From the IMG/VR virus record IMGVR_UViG_3300023174_000004, positions 1 to 62,438 of that record: a DNA stretch of 62,438 nt. One strand, written 5' to 3'. The notes under the pieces were generated by a model. It made no database searches, had not been told where the DNA came from, and saw only the letters and a program-made list of their open reading frames with translations. The DNA is from a virus. Lineage: Duplodnaviria > Caudoviricetes. Made by a program: the position numbers and the translations under genes. Positions within the stretch are counted from its first letter, which is position 1. Each line of letters begins with the position of its first letter. Positions 7,348 to 17,192 of this stretch are shown in pieces.

Positions 7348-7521
7348 GGGTAAATCCCTACGAAAAAAACACGGACAAAAGCATAGGTTTATATGTCAAG
7401 TTGTCTTATAATGAGAACACTGGAGAAGCAAAGTAACAAGCGCCGATTCAGTAGTTCGTTCAGTAATCAATGCCTCAGCTAAGTCTGAGACACAGTTCAA
7501 CCATTCAGTTAGGAGTCAGTC

Positions 7522-7788
7522 ATGGGACAGATGAAACGCATTTACGAAGCCCTCTGCGAGTCACAAGAGTTGGAAGAGTTACTCAACCGCAGACCAGAAC
7601 CCAAACCCCTCACCCCTGTTGTGCATGTACTCACCTGCAATGGTGAGATCGTCAATGTCTTTGTTGACAAGCAAACCGCACTCTTTGAAATGCACCTCAC
7701 CATTCAGGGTGACGAGCATGAGGGTCTTACCCCCGCCGACTATGTACTGGAGACAGTACCCCTTCAAACTCATCGCTTTGATCAGTAA
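7522..7788 (+). CDS. Hypothetical protein
   Basis: AGGAG RBS; TATAAT at 7407 upstream. Confidence 0.7.
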   Translation: MGQMKRIYEALCESQELEELLNRRPEPKPLTPVVHVLTCNGEIVNVFVDKQTALFEMHLTIQGDEHEGLTPADYVLETVPLQTHRFDQ

Positions 7789-8003
7789 TGACAATGCGTA
7801 TGAAACCCCTATGCGCTCGGTGCGGAGATACCTTCTCCGCTAAGAGGGCTAACGCTGGCTATCACCTTTGCCTGATCTGTGGCGAAGAGGAAGCTAGGCG
7901 TAGGCGGCACACCATTGCCCCTATGCACAAGAGCAATTACATGCTCATCACCAACCTTGACGATCTCAAGGGTCTCAACAACAAAGGCGGTATGTTCCGC
8001 TAA
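7788..8003 (+). CDS. Small C4 zinc-finger protein (DksA/TraR-like finger spacing)
   Basis: CARC...CLIC; TAATG coupling to the upstream gene. Confidence 0.65.
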   Translation: MTMRMKPLCARCGDTFSAKRANAGYHLCLICGEEEARRRRHTIAPMHKSNYMLITNLDDLKGLNNKGGMFR

Positions 8004-8029
8004 ACAACTTCTCAGCATAGTCTGAGTCA

Positions 8030-8968
8030 ATGGAGAACGATATGAATTTTGAATTGCAAACCCCCGAGCATGTGATCAGCCTTGCATCTAGTGGACTGAT
8101 CGTCCATGTGGATGTGAATGTTTGGTCAGCAACCAAGCAAGACAAACGCATCAGCAATGAGGTGACTGAAGCATACAAAGCAGACGCAGACGCGGGCCGC
8201 TTCACAAAGAACCTCTTAGCCAAGAACCCACACCACAAGGCGTTGGTCAACTACAGACAGACCATAAACAATTGGTTACAGCGCCGCGCATACGATTGGC
8301 AAGCCAATCTGAAGTACCTGCCTGTGGTGGACATTGAGGTGTTCATGAAAGAGTATCGAGAGCATGAGACCGAGTTCAGGAAGTTGGTGGAGACATTCAA
8401 GACGCATTACCCGAGCATCCGTTCAGACATGGCGTTCAAGCAAGGCGACTTCTTCAATGCCTCAGACTACCCTGAGGTGGAGGAGATCGATGGCAAGTTC
8501 CGCATCAAGTTGTATGTGACCGAGGTTCCGACAAATGACTTCCGCAACAAGATCAGCGAAGAGATCATGGGCGACTTGAAAGATCACTTCCAAAAGCAAG
8601 CCAAGTCTAAGGTCGATGAGATCATGGCGGATGCGGCGGGGCGTCTGGTTACCTTTGCTGAGCGCATTTCCTATGCATGCGGTGAGCCTGAGGATGCGGA
8701 CGAGGTGGGGGAGGATGGCAAGAAGAAGCGCAAGCGCAAGATTTATGAGACAACGATACAACAGACCAAGGACTTGTGCCGCACCCTGAAGGACTTTAAC
8801 TTGACTAACAACGCTGAGTTGGAGGACGCGAGGGCGAGGCTGGCACAGGCACTGGAGGGTATCGATGCGGAGACATTACGAGACAGTATGGCGTTGCGCG
8901 ATAGCGTGAAGGCGCAGGTCGATGATGTGTTGGATGTGTTCAAGCTGAACACGAGTTTGTTTAACTAA
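8030..8968 (+). CDS. Coiled-coil phage protein (DUF3150-like) preceding the AAA/VWA pair
   Basis: 312-aa helical protein; position upstream of a MoxR ATPase. Confidence 0.55.
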   Translation: MENDMNFELQTPEHVISLASSGLIVHVDVNVWSATKQDKRISNEVTEAYKADADAGRFTKNLLAKNPHHKALVNYRQTINNWLQRRAYDWQANLKYLPVVDIEVFMKEYREHETEFRKLVETFKTHYPSIRSDMAFKQGDFFNASDYPEVEEIDGKFRIKLYVTEVPTNDFRNKISEEIMGDLKDHFQKQAKSKVDEIMADAAGRLVTFAERISYACGEPEDADEVGEDGKKKRKRKIYETTIQQTKDLCRTLKDFNLTNNAELEDARARLAQALEGIDAETLRDSMALRDSVKAQVDDVLDVFKLNTSLFN

Positions 8969-8981
8969 GTAAGGAGGATGT

Positions 8982-9176
8982 ATGTCAGAGTTTGAATGGG
9001 TTATGTTTCTTGCATGGGCAGTCATGCTGTTCATGTATTGGAGGGCGAATCGGAGGGCTAGGTTTCTGGCCCACTGTCTGATTGCCGTAGGTAAGGGTGA
9101 GATGAAGGTTCTTGTCAACGAAGAGGATCGCACTTATTCCCTTGAGAAGGTTGATCAATCGATCAGCCGTGTCTGA
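8982..9176 (+). CDS. Small membrane protein
   Basis: N-terminal hydrophobic helix; AAGGAGG RBS. Confidence 0.7.
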   Translation: MSEFEWVMFLAWAVMLFMYWRANRRARFLAHCLIAVGKGEMKVLVNEEDRTYSLEKVDQSISRV

Positions 9177-9201
9177 GTCTTAATTTAACTGGAGATCACA
9201 A

Positions 9202-10281
9202 ATGGCTAAAGTATCCACAATCCCGATGGTATCCATCAAAGAGTGCATCAACATCATCAAGCTGGTTGGTGCGAAGCTTACCCCAATGATTATGAGTGAG
9301 CCTGGGGTAGGCAAGTCGAGCATCCTTGAAGCGTTGCGCGTTGAGTTGGGTGAGGATGAGTATGACTTCATCTACCTCGACTGCCCGAACAAAGAGATCA
9401 TGGACATTGCGGCGAGCATACCAAACCATGCGACCAAGGCGCTTGAGTACTATGTGTCGAGCCTGTTCAAGCTGGGCAATGGCAAGAAGAAGGTCATCAT
9501 GCTTGACGAGATGCTCAAAGCACCGAAGATGTTACAGGTCTTGTTTACCCGCATGATCCTTGAACACATGGTCGGGGATGAGAAGTTACCCGATGGTTCG
9601 ATACTGTTTGCTACGAGTAACAACGCGACCGATGGTGTGGGCGACACAATGGCGGGTCATGTGGCGAACCGCTTGATGGTGGTGCGTATGCGTAAGCCTA
9701 GCGCATCCGAGTGGAATACATGGGCGAGTGCCAATGGCATCAATCGTGTTGTCCGCGCATGGGTAGCGATGTATGGTGCGAAGGTTATGGCATCCTATGT
9801 TGATGGAGATCAAGAGGACAACCCGTACATCTTCAAACCCTCCAGCATGGTCAAGCAGTTTGCTAGTCCACGGTCATTGGCAAAGGCATCACACATTGTT
9901 GATCAGGCCGATGCGTTGGGCGAGAACGCGACCATGTGTGCGCTGGCTGGCACGATCGGTGAGGCGGCGGCAAGAGACATGGCGGCGTTCCTGTCCTTGC
10001 AACATAAGGTCTCAGATGTGGCTGAGATCATAAAGCACCCGCTTACTACACCATGCCCGAACGATGATGTGGCGGCGTTACTGTTGATCATGTTCCAAGC
10101 GATTGACAAGATCAATGAGCACGATGAGTTGAGCAAGTTCATGGAGTATGTTGAGCGTATCAATTCCAGCGAGGTTCAATCCATCTTCTTTACCATGATG
10201 ATGAGAGCAAAGACTAAGCTGGCTAGACACAACGACAAGATCAAGTCATGGGCCAAAGACAACTACGAGTTGATGGCGTAA
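9202..10281 (+). CDS. MoxR/dynein-related AAA+ ATPase
   Basis: Walker A EPGVGKS, Walker B IMLDE, sensor ATSN, SPRS sensor II. Confidence 0.85.
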   Translation: MAKVSTIPMVSIKECINIIKLVGAKLTPMIMSEPGVGKSSILEALRVELGEDEYDFIYLDCPNKEIMDIAASIPNHATKALEYYVSSLFKLGNGKKKVIMLDEMLKAPKMLQVLFTRMILEHMVGDEKLPDGSILFATSNNATDGVGDTMAGHVANRLMVVRMRKPSASEWNTWASANGINRVVRAWVAMYGAKVMASYVDGDQEDNPYIFKPSSMVKQFASPRSLAKASHIVDQADALGENATMCALAGTIGEAAARDMAAFLSLQHKVSDVAEIIKHPLTTPCPNDDVAALLLIMFQAIDKINEHDELSKFMEYVERINSSEVQSIFFTMMMRAKTKLARHNDKIKSWAKDNYELMA

Positions 10282-10305
10282 GTAATTTTTAACAGGAGAT
10301 CAATC

Positions 10306-11565
10306 ATGCTAGTAGCAGACAAGGAAGAGGTGCGCCTCAAACGCGCCCACATTAAATTGATGAAGAGCCCACACACGGCGCTTTACTCAGGCGTTATGTT
10401 GTTGGGTTACTCAAGCGTTGAGGAGAATGTCCCCACGGCATGCACCGATGGTGTGAACAAACGCTATGGGCGCAAGTTCATGGCTAAGTTACCCGAGCCA
10501 CAGTTCAATGCCGTGGTCTTGCACGAGAACCTTCATGTGGCATTGAAGCACATCCCCTTCCATCGCCCAAAGTGGAAAGAGGATCACAAGACGGCGAACA
10601 TCGCCGCTGACTTGGTGGTTAACGACATCATCTATCTCATCTCTGAGGTAGCGCCTGACTTGGTGAAGTTACCCGAGAGTGCGATATGGCATCCGATGTT
10701 CCGCGATTGGTCATTCAATCAGATATACGACTTCTTGAGGAAGCAAGGCAAAGGGAAGACCGGCAAGGAGAAGGGTAACGAGAAGGGCAAGGGCAATGGG
10801 AGTAACCCCTCAGAGGGGTCTGAGCCGCAAGAAGACGGCGGCAATGGGCCCGAGCCTTTTGACATTGACAACCTCCCCGAGGGGTTCGATGAGCATGACT
10901 TCAGCAATGAGGACATTGGCAAAGAGACAGTCGATCGCATTGATCGTGCGTTGCGTGAAGGCGGCATCCTCGCAGGGCGCATGGGTGGTAACACACCTAG
11001 GGCTATCCAAGACCTGCTGACTCCCAGGGTCAACTGGCGTGAGGCGTTGCGTGACTTCCTGTCTGAGTACGGCGCGGGTAAGGATGAGTTCACATGGCGC
11101 AGGTTCAATCGGCGTATGTTGCCCAACGATATGTATCTGCCTAGCACCTACTCCGAGAAGGTAGGGGAGTTGATCTTTGCGTGTGACACATCAGGTTCGA
11201 TCGATCAAGAAGCTCTGACTGCTGTTGCTTCTGAGATGTGTGCAATATGTGATGACCTCAATCCGAGTGCGGTGCGTGTGCTGTGGTGGGACACGATGGT
11301 TGCGGGAGAGCAGAAGTTTGAGGACAAGTACGAAGGACTGGCATCGTTGTTAAAGCCGCAAGGAGGGGGCGGTACTAGGGTCTCAGCCGTACCTGAGTAC
11401 ATAAAGAGCAAGAACATTCAAGCACAAGCGATTGTGGTGTTCACCGATGGTTATGTGGAGAGCGATATCAAGTGGGACATAAACACTCCTACTCTGTGGT
11501 TGATCACACACAACAAGTCACTGAGCATCCCCGCTGGGCACAAACAAGTCATCTATGAGGAGTAA
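10306..11565 (+). CDS. Putative metallopeptidase plus VWA domain protein (DUF2201-like)
   Basis: TACTDG, HENLH (HExxH), MIDAS DTSGS, GGGGT, VFTDG. Confidence 0.85.
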   Translation: MLVADKEEVRLKRAHIKLMKSPHTALYSGVMLLGYSSVEENVPTACTDGVNKRYGRKFMAKLPEPQFNAVVLHENLHVALKHIPFHRPKWKEDHKTANIAADLVVNDIIYLISEVAPDLVKLPESAIWHPMFRDWSFNQIYDFLRKQGKGKTGKEKGNEKGKGNGSNPSEGSEPQEDGGNGPEPFDIDNLPEGFDEHDFSNEDIGKETVDRIDRALREGGILAGRMGGNTPRAIQDLLTPRVNWREALRDFLSEYGAGKDEFTWRRFNRRMLPNDMYLPSTYSEKVGELIFACDTSGSIDQEALTAVASEMCAICDDLNPSAVRVLWWDTMVAGEQKFEDKYEGLASLLKPQGGGGTRVSAVPEYIKSKNIQAQAIVVFTDGYVESDIKWDINTPTLWLITHNKSLSIPAGHKQVIYEE

Positions 11566-11568
11566 GCA

Positions 11569-12540
11569 ATGTACGACGATATATACCATTTTTCGTATTC
11601 AACCCTGTCAAGGATTGTCAAACAAGTCAAACCTATTCGGGGGACAAACGCCTATCCATTGGGTAGGCGCAAGTACAGCGCCCGACACTTTGTACCCCGA
11701 GAGGATGGGGCATTTGAGGTATGGTTTATTAACTTGTCTAACAAGCAACAGAAAGAGAAGAACATCCAAACAGGCGAGGAAGGCCCAAAGCCTTTGGCTG
11801 TTATACATCCAGACAACACGATAGAGATCACGCATCGAGGCATGTACTACTCAGACTATCTCATGCTAGAGGCAGGACTGAGTGGGTGTCTGCTAAGACA
11901 CGATGTCCATAAGGGTGGGTTGATTCTTAATAAGCATGGTGGTTACACGGAGAAACCCATCATTCGACCTGTGTTTGGTGGACTGCGGTTTGATTTGGAG
12001 ACCTTCAAGATTCCTGATGGACATAAGTTCACTGTGACCAAGCGGACTATTAACAGAGCCAAAGCCAAAGCTGTGCGCGAGGAGTTGAAGCCCTCCGCGA
12101 ACATTGCAAGGATGATGATCAGTCAGCTTGATGAGCGTAGCCTCAAGGCGCTAAGAGAGGAGGTGCTTGCGGACTTGAACCTCAGGAACTTGGCGATGAA
12201 CAAACAAGGATTTCCTACGTTTAATTGGGAGACCAAAGAGGTACAGGACTATGTCTTTGATCTAGTGGACAAAGACATGATGGGTGGCTTGTATGCATAC
12301 GGCATAGTGGTTGGTGCTCTGAGCCTTCATTGGGGTGGAGACCACTGGCTAAAGGTGGTGAGTCGATCGCCCAACTATGGGCTTGATGCACTACTAGAAG
12401 GGTTCACCGAAGCGTTATATAAGAAGAAGCAGGCGTTCAACTGCGAGGTGCATAGTTGTGATGAGGTAGGAGATATTACGCCCAACAGATGGGGCGGCAT
12501 CATAGCTATGCAAGACGGTTCAATTGTTAATCAACTTTAA
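11569..12540 (+). CDS. Hypothetical protein (323 aa)
   Basis: Long ORF in the operon; GAGGAG RBS. Confidence 0.75.
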   Translation: MYDDIYHFSYSTLSRIVKQVKPIRGTNAYPLGRRKYSARHFVPREDGAFEVWFINLSNKQQKEKNIQTGEEGPKPLAVIHPDNTIEITHRGMYYSDYLMLEAGLSGCLLRHDVHKGGLILNKHGGYTEKPIIRPVFGGLRFDLETFKIPDGHKFTVTKRTINRAKAKAVREELKPSANIARMMISQLDERSLKALREEVLADLNLRNLAMNKQGFPTFNWETKEVQDYVFDLVDKDMMGGLYAYGIVVGALSLHWGGDHWLKVVSRSPNYGLDALLEGFTEALYKKKQAFNCEVHSCDEVGDITPNRWGGIIAMQDGSIVNQL

Positions 12541-12551
12541 GGAGAGATCAA

Positions 12552-13529
12552 ATGTCAGTAATTCATGAACATGCACAACCTGAAATGCAAGCGGAGTTGA
12601 CCCAGTTGTTAAGCATTCAGCAACCCCTGAGTCTCTTTGTAAAGGAGATGCATAGCAGGTTCAAGTTCCATGCGATTAGCACTCAACCCGCGATCAGCCT
12701 GTCTTGGCATCGTAAGAATGCGTACCCCTCTGTATATATGGTTAACCCCGATGGGGTTTTCATGTGTGAGATTTGGTACGGCCCACAAGGAGAGGACAAG
12801 GGAGAGAAGACTGAGAATGTGTATGGCATCTATTCGCCTAGCGCAATCTGTAGAGACCGAGTGCCTCGCAACTTGTCGCGCAGCATTGCCCAGCATGTAC
12901 GAGAGTCTAAGAAACTATCGTCATTGTTCACGGCGTTGAAGAAGTGCGATGAGGACATCGTTACCTGTAGCAAACTAGAAGAACACGTTCTGCGTTGTGC
13001 GCGGGATGCAAGCAACTGTGTGGGTGAGATGAAGAAAGTCCATTGTGTAATTGGAGAATCGGAAGATGAATTATCTTTATTAAATTTTGTTTTGGGTATT
13101 GACAAAGACTTGACATTACAGCAAACTGGGCGCTTCAAACAAATGCAAGAGAAACTGATGAAGGCTTTCCATAAAGCCGAATTAGATTCTCGCAAGTTAC
13201 TTCAGTTCAGGAAAGAGTTGACCGTGTTAATGCCGTTGTACAAAGGTGGGTTCTATCTCACAAAGATAGAGGGTGAATCAGATGGGTCGAAGTTCACCTT
13301 TGTTGAGCCCATTCGGTATCTGTCGAACCTTGACGAGCATGATGATTTGAAGGTGGGTTTTCTCATGCTCAAGGAAGTCATGTCACAAGGCGAAGTCGAT
13401 AGCGTGACGAAGCTGAGGCATTCAGACATGTACTACAAAGACCTTGACATTGCTACATCCAGCAATGGGGACAAGGATGGAATGCTCACGCCGTTTTGCA
13501 TCTTCTTTCCAACACACACTAGCGCATGA
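12552..13529 (+). CDS. Hypothetical protein (325 aa)
   Basis: AAGGAGA RBS. Confidence 0.75.
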   Translation: MSVIHEHAQPEMQAELTQLLSIQQPLSLFVKEMHSRFKFHAISTQPAISLSWHRKNAYPSVYMVNPDGVFMCEIWYGPQGEDKGEKTENVYGIYSPSAICRDRVPRNLSRSIAQHVRESKKLSSLFTALKKCDEDIVTCSKLEEHVLRCARDASNCVGEMKKVHCVIGESEDELSLLNFVLGIDKDLTLQQTGRFKQMQEKLMKAFHKAELDSRKLLQFRKELTVLMPLYKGGFYLTKIEGESDGSKFTFVEPIRYLSNLDEHDDLKVGFLMLKEVMSQGEVDSVTKLRHSDMYYKDLDIATSSNGDKDGMLTPFCIFFPTHTSA

Positions 13530-13921
13530 GCACGATTGTTCCAATGCAACACCCTCAAAGGGCTGACCTTTGGCGCACTCCATTGATTGTGATAGACCAA
13601 GAAGAAGTCTATGAGGTGTACATGAATGGCAATGTGATCTTGCGGTACGACAAACCTCGACTGCCTAACTGCATCAAGGAAAAGATATCCATGATTAGTT
13701 CATTCCCCAATGCGCCTACACACGATCTCAATGGGTTGTTGGGTGGGCGACTAAGGGCTGAATTGGGCATGGACTTGTACATCAATCGACATGACCCAAG
13801 GCTAGATGACATAGGTTGGCAATGCGCGAAAGATGTTTACATAATCATCCTCTCAGAGGAAGAACACGAGCAACTAAAAGAGGACTACTTCCATGGCAAT
13901 GACACCCGAAGCAAAAGTTAA
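13526..13921 (+). CDS. Hypothetical protein
   Basis: ATGA overlap with the upstream gene. Confidence 0.7.
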   Translation: MSTIVPMQHPQRADLWRTPLIVIDQEEVYEVYMNGNVILRYDKPRLPNCIKEKISMISSFPNAPTHDLNGLLGGRLRAELGMDLYINRHDPRLDDIGWQCAKDVYIIILSEEEHEQLKEDYFHGNDTRSKS

Positions 13922-14189
13922 ATCTGTTGTAACCAATACGCTCAAGCAGATGAAGGCTTACATCGTGAAGCCGATGGGCGTTGGATATGGCAACTCAGGG
14001 GTGCCTGATTTAATAGTTTGCGTTCGTGGTCGGTTCATTGGAATAGAGTGCAAGGCGAAAGGAGGTAAGACAACGGCCTTGCAACTTCACAACCTAAATT
14101 CGATAGAGATGGCAGGGGGTGTCGCGTTGGTAATCAACGAGAACAACATGCATGATCTTGAACAACTCATAGAGGAACAAATGAAATGA
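13893..14189 (+). CDS. VRR-NUC (PD-(D/E)XK) nuclease, possible Holliday junction resolvase
   Basis: TPEAKVK, SGVPDLI, FIGIECK, TALQ motifs. Confidence 0.85.
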   Translation: MAMTPEAKVKSVVTNTLKQMKAYIVKPMGVGYGNSGVPDLIVCVRGRFIGIECKAKGGKTTALQLHNLNSIEMAGGVALVINENNMHDLEQLIEEQMK

Positions 14190-14359
14190 AACAACTGAAA
14201 CTAAAAGCTGTGCCGCCGATAGGTGTGATACACAGACCGAAGAGTATCTTAGACCCAGCGTTTAAGTACACCCCTTCCGCATCAACCGATGTGCAAGCAA
14301 CATGGATTAAGTTTGGGTGGAAACCACCTGAAAGGAAAAAAGATGAAAGCGGTTCTTGA
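14186..14359 (+). CDS. Hypothetical protein (57 aa, not in the track)
   Basis: MKQLKLK...SILDPAFKYTPSASTDVQATWIKFGWKPP; ATGA overlap. Confidence 0.6.
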   Translation: MKQLKLKAVPPIGVIHRPKSILDPAFKYTPSASTDVQATWIKFGWKPPERKKDESGS

Positions 14360-14546
14360 ATTCACATACCCCGAAGACCAAGACAAATTGCGTTGGGCTT
14401 TGAGCGGTGAGAAAGCAATCACTGCATTGCACGACATACAACAAGAAGTGCGTAAGCATTTCAAATACGATGCCGAACCAATCGCTGTGTTGGAGCGTGT
14501 GCGTAGTATGACTGACGAAGCACTCGCTGAGTGCGGAGAGGAATGA
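14343..14546 (+). CDS. Hypothetical protein
   Basis: MKAVLEFTYPED start after AAGGA. Confidence 0.65.
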   Translation: MKAVLEFTYPEDQDKLRWALSGEKAITALHDIQQEVRKHFKYDAEPIAVLERVRSMTDEALAECGEE

Positions 14547-14668
14547 TGGAGACGATTGCAACAACAATTATCTTGGGGTTCATAGGTGTGATCGTTGCCG
14601 GCCTTGTGCTGGTGGCACTGATGCGCTTGTGGTTCTGGATGGATGAGAACGAGAGGGGGGACAGGTGA
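14543..14668 (+). CDS. Small membrane protein (41 aa, not in the track)
   Basis: Hydrophobic TIILGFIGVIVAGLVLVALMRLWFW; overlapping start/stop on both sides. Confidence 0.55.
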   Translation: MMETIATTIILGFIGVIVAGLVLVALMRLWFWMDENERGDR

Positions 14669-14898
14669 CACCCCAAGAACAACTTGCACAAGCCAAAGCA
14701 CAGCTTAAAGAAATTGTCGATGGTAGGCCAAAGTTTTATCGTGCATGGGCAGACACATGGGCTACGTTTCACGAAGACCCCGCCGCTTACCACGAGGCAC
14801 ACGCCATATTGCTTGAATACGACATTGCGAAGAACGAAGTTGTGGACGAAGTGAAGCGTTTGCAAAAGGTAGTCGATGGACTTGAGGAGAAGACATGA
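14665..14898 (+). CDS. Hypothetical protein
   Basis: Translationally coupled ORF. Confidence 0.6.
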   Translation: MTPQEQLAQAKAQLKEIVDGRPKFYRAWADTWATFHEDPAAYHEAHAILLEYDIAKNEVVDEVKRLQKVVDGLEEKT

Positions 14899-15083
14899 GC
14901 CCAAAAATTGAAGCCCTGATAAAAGCAACTGGATGTGCTGACGTAGGTGAATTGTTTGATCGTTCAATTCGGCTAGGTCAAGTGTTGCATCAATTCAAAC
15001 AGGAACATGGGCGCATCATGAATGCCACTGAACTGAGATACCTTGAAGCCGTATTACACGCAAAACCACAGGAGAGAACATGA
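14895..15083 (+). CDS. Hypothetical protein
   Basis: ATGA coupling. Confidence 0.6.
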   Translation: MSPKIEALIKATGCADVGELFDRSIRLGQVLHQFKQEHGRIMNATELRYLEAVLHAKPQERT

Positions 15084-15385
15084 AAGACCCGGAAGACGAA
15101 GCATTTGAACAACTAGCTTTGAGGCAAGGTAGCTGGCATCACATCAGTGGTTGGCGCAAGAAACAGATTGAGCGGGACTTTGCCGCCATAGATGATGCAA
15201 ACAACATCCGCAAGAAACAAATCGCACACATGGATGTCCACTCACACCCCGCAGAGTTTGTACACCTGCACCGCAACGACACCATCGAAGAGGTGGCAAA
15301 GGAATTGGAGACGAAATTCACTGGCGCGTTTGGTCGTGACACAGTGCAAAGCTTTGTGGCGTACATCAGGGGGATGAAGAAATGA
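15080..15385 (+). CDS. Hypothetical protein
   Basis: AGGAG RBS; RNDTIEEVAKELE segment. Confidence 0.65.
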   Translation: MKDPEDEAFEQLALRQGSWHHISGWRKKQIERDFAAIDDANNIRKKQIAHMDVHSHPAEFVHLHRNDTIEEVAKELETKFTGAFGRDTVQSFVAYIRGMKK

Positions 15386-15528
15386 TGCCCCCACCGAGTA
15401 AAGAACTGTGCCTGATGATGGCAAAGATTAACTACACACGCGATGAGAAACTCAGTTGGACGTGGCTGATTGCTTGGGGATTCCATGAGGCGTATGTCGA
15501 GGGCTGGTATGAAGGAGTGAAGCTGTGA
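15382..15528 (+). CDS. Hypothetical protein (48 aa, Trp-rich, not in the track)
   Basis: Fills the gap with ATGA/GTGA overlaps. Confidence 0.5.
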   Translation: MMPPPSKELCLMMAKINYTRDEKLSWTWLIAWGFHEAYVEGWYEGVKL

Positions 15529-15851
15529 CACCACAACAAATTGAAGCATTGAAGCTGGCGCTTGATGCGTTGGAAACGCTAATGATTGAACATGGATCAA
15601 TCTATGAAAAAGCCATCGCCGCACTCAAAGAACAATTGGCACAGCCAGAGCAAGAGCCTACCCCTGAGATTAAGTACAAAATGATTGTGATTGATGACCT
15701 GCATCCACAGGGCATACCGGTCGAGCAGTGGGTAAACCCACCACAGCGCACAGAGCCGCCACAGAAAAAAGTTTGGACATTTTGGGACTTATCGGGCGGT
15801 GATATTACTGACGCTATTAAGGCCAAACTCAAGGAGAAGAACAATGGATAA
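15525..15851 (+). CDS. Hypothetical protein
   Basis: EALKLALDALE...LAQPEQEP...AKLKEKN mosaic small phage protein. Confidence 0.65.
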   Translation: MTPQQIEALKLALDALETLMIEHGSIYEKAIAALKEQLAQPEQEPTPEIKYKMIVIDDLHPQGIPVEQWVNPPQRTEPPQKKVWTFWDLSGGDITDAIKAKLKEKNNG

Positions 15852-16065
15852 ACCAACAGCATGGTATGACCCAAGCAACGGCGTGGTCAGTACAGACAGA
15901 GACTGTCCTTTGTTCACGCCGCTTGGTCAGGTGTGGGCTTTGTATCCAAAGGGTGAATGGGTTGGGCTGACATTGGAGCAATATGTTGCAATAAATTCAT
16001 CATGTACAACAGTTGACCAAGCAGTCGGCTCTACCGAAAGACAACTTAAGGAAAACAACGCATGA
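15844..16065 (+). CDS. Hypothetical protein
   Basis: AAGGAG RBS; EWVGLT segment. Confidence 0.6.
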   Translation: MDKPTAWYDPSNGVVSTDRDCPLFTPLGQVWALYPKGEWVGLTLEQYVAINSSCTTVDQAVGSTERQLKENNA

Positions 16066-16247
16066 AAGGTGGCGCAAGACCGGGGAGTGGGCGCAAGCCT
16101 ACTCTTATTGATGAGCGCCGAACACTTGTGTTGCACGAGCAAGGCGTATCCATGCGGGAGATTGCCGAGCGATTCAATGTGAGTCTTCAGGTAATAAAGT
16201 ATTTCTTCAAAAAGCGAAGAAAAAATCTTAGGAAGGAGTCATCGTGA
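16062..16247 (+). CDS. Small HTH DNA-binding protein
   Basis: GGARPGSGRKP plus VSMREIAERFNVS helix-turn-helix. Confidence 0.7.
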   Translation: MKGGARPGSGRKPTLIDERRTLVLHEQGVSMREIAERFNVSLQVIKYFFKKRRKNLRKESS

Positions 16248-16309
16248 ACACTTGAAAAACAACCAACACCCACAAACTGAACTAACCTTTTTAATTTTTG
16301 GAGAGAGAA

Positions 16310-16891
16310 ATGAGCAAAAGAACACCGCGCCGTAAATCAAACATGATACGGGCATATATGTACGCTAACCCTGATGTGTCTTTAAAAACAATAGCGGACA
16401 TGTTTAAGGTAAACATACATACTATCTATGGGATACGCCACTTTGATAAGAAGAACTCAACTGCGGCAACCATTGCCTCAGGGGGGTCTGAGCCACCTAA
16501 CTGCACAGTAACGCATCAACCTGATGGACTTGTAGAAGTCAAAGGTAAGTACAACTCTATGCTTATCACTGAGAAACAGTTTAATGGCCTTAGTCCCGCG
16601 CAACGGTCTAACATTTCTTACAACTTGAACAAGCTACCTGCGCGTATGCAAGGCGTGACATCCACAGTGCATGATCCGGTGAACCAACCCTCTCACTACA
16701 AGGTAGGGGGCGTAGAGACCATTGACTTTATTGAAGCCAAAGGTCTGGGGTATCACTTGGGTAATGTGGTCAAGTACATAACCAGAGCAGGGCACAAAGG
16801 TACAAACCAAGGTCTTGAAGACCTCAGAAAAGCGCGATGGTATCTTGACAGAGCCATTGAGAAGAACGAGTATCACAACCCTGAGAATTGA
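16310..16891 (+). CDS. DUF3310 (SaV-like) domain protein with N-terminal HTH-like region
   Basis: DPVNQPSHY..GGVETIDFIE...GNVVKYITRAGHKG...EDLRKARWYL. Confidence 0.8.
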   Translation: MSKRTPRRKSNMIRAYMYANPDVSLKTIADMFKVNIHTIYGIRHFDKKNSTAATIASGGSEPPNCTVTHQPDGLVEVKGKYNSMLITEKQFNGLSPAQRSNISYNLNKLPARMQGVTSTVHDPVNQPSHYKVGGVETIDFIEAKGLGYHLGNVVKYITRAGHKGTNQGLEDLRKARWYLDRAIEKNEYHNPEN

Positions 16892-16893
16892 TC

Positions 16894-17151
16894 ATGAGAA
16901 AACTTAACCACCCACACCACACTCTTTTGACTAGGGCACAGCAAGACATCCTAAGAGAGGCGGCGTTATCTGAGCGATTGGATTTCGTTGAACTAGCGAT
17001 AGAAACCGTAAGAGGTTTAACACCCGATAAATTCTTTAGGGATGACGACGTAGAGGCGTTGCGTAAAAGGATGTTCTACGATGAACCTAGCCCTGCTGGT
17101 AAGCCTATGCAGATAGCAGGGTTCATTCGCCCTGCACCTAAACGCATGTGA
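16894..17151 (+). CDS. Hypothetical protein
   Basis: ORF between the DUF3310 gene and the polymerase. Confidence 0.55.
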   Translation: MRKLNHPHHTLLTRAQQDILREAALSERLDFVELAIETVRGLTPDKFFRDDDVEALRKRMFYDEPSPAGKPMQIAGFIRPAPKRM

Positions 17152-17156
17152 TTAAC

Positions 17157-17182
17157 GAGGGGGCGACACGCCCCCTCTTTTT
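17157..17182 (+). terminator. Terminator-like hairpin abutting the polymerase RBS
   Basis: GAGGGGGCG-ACA-CGCCCCCTC-TTTTT, then GGAG. Confidence 0.65.
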
Positions 17183-17192
17183 GGAGTTCCCT

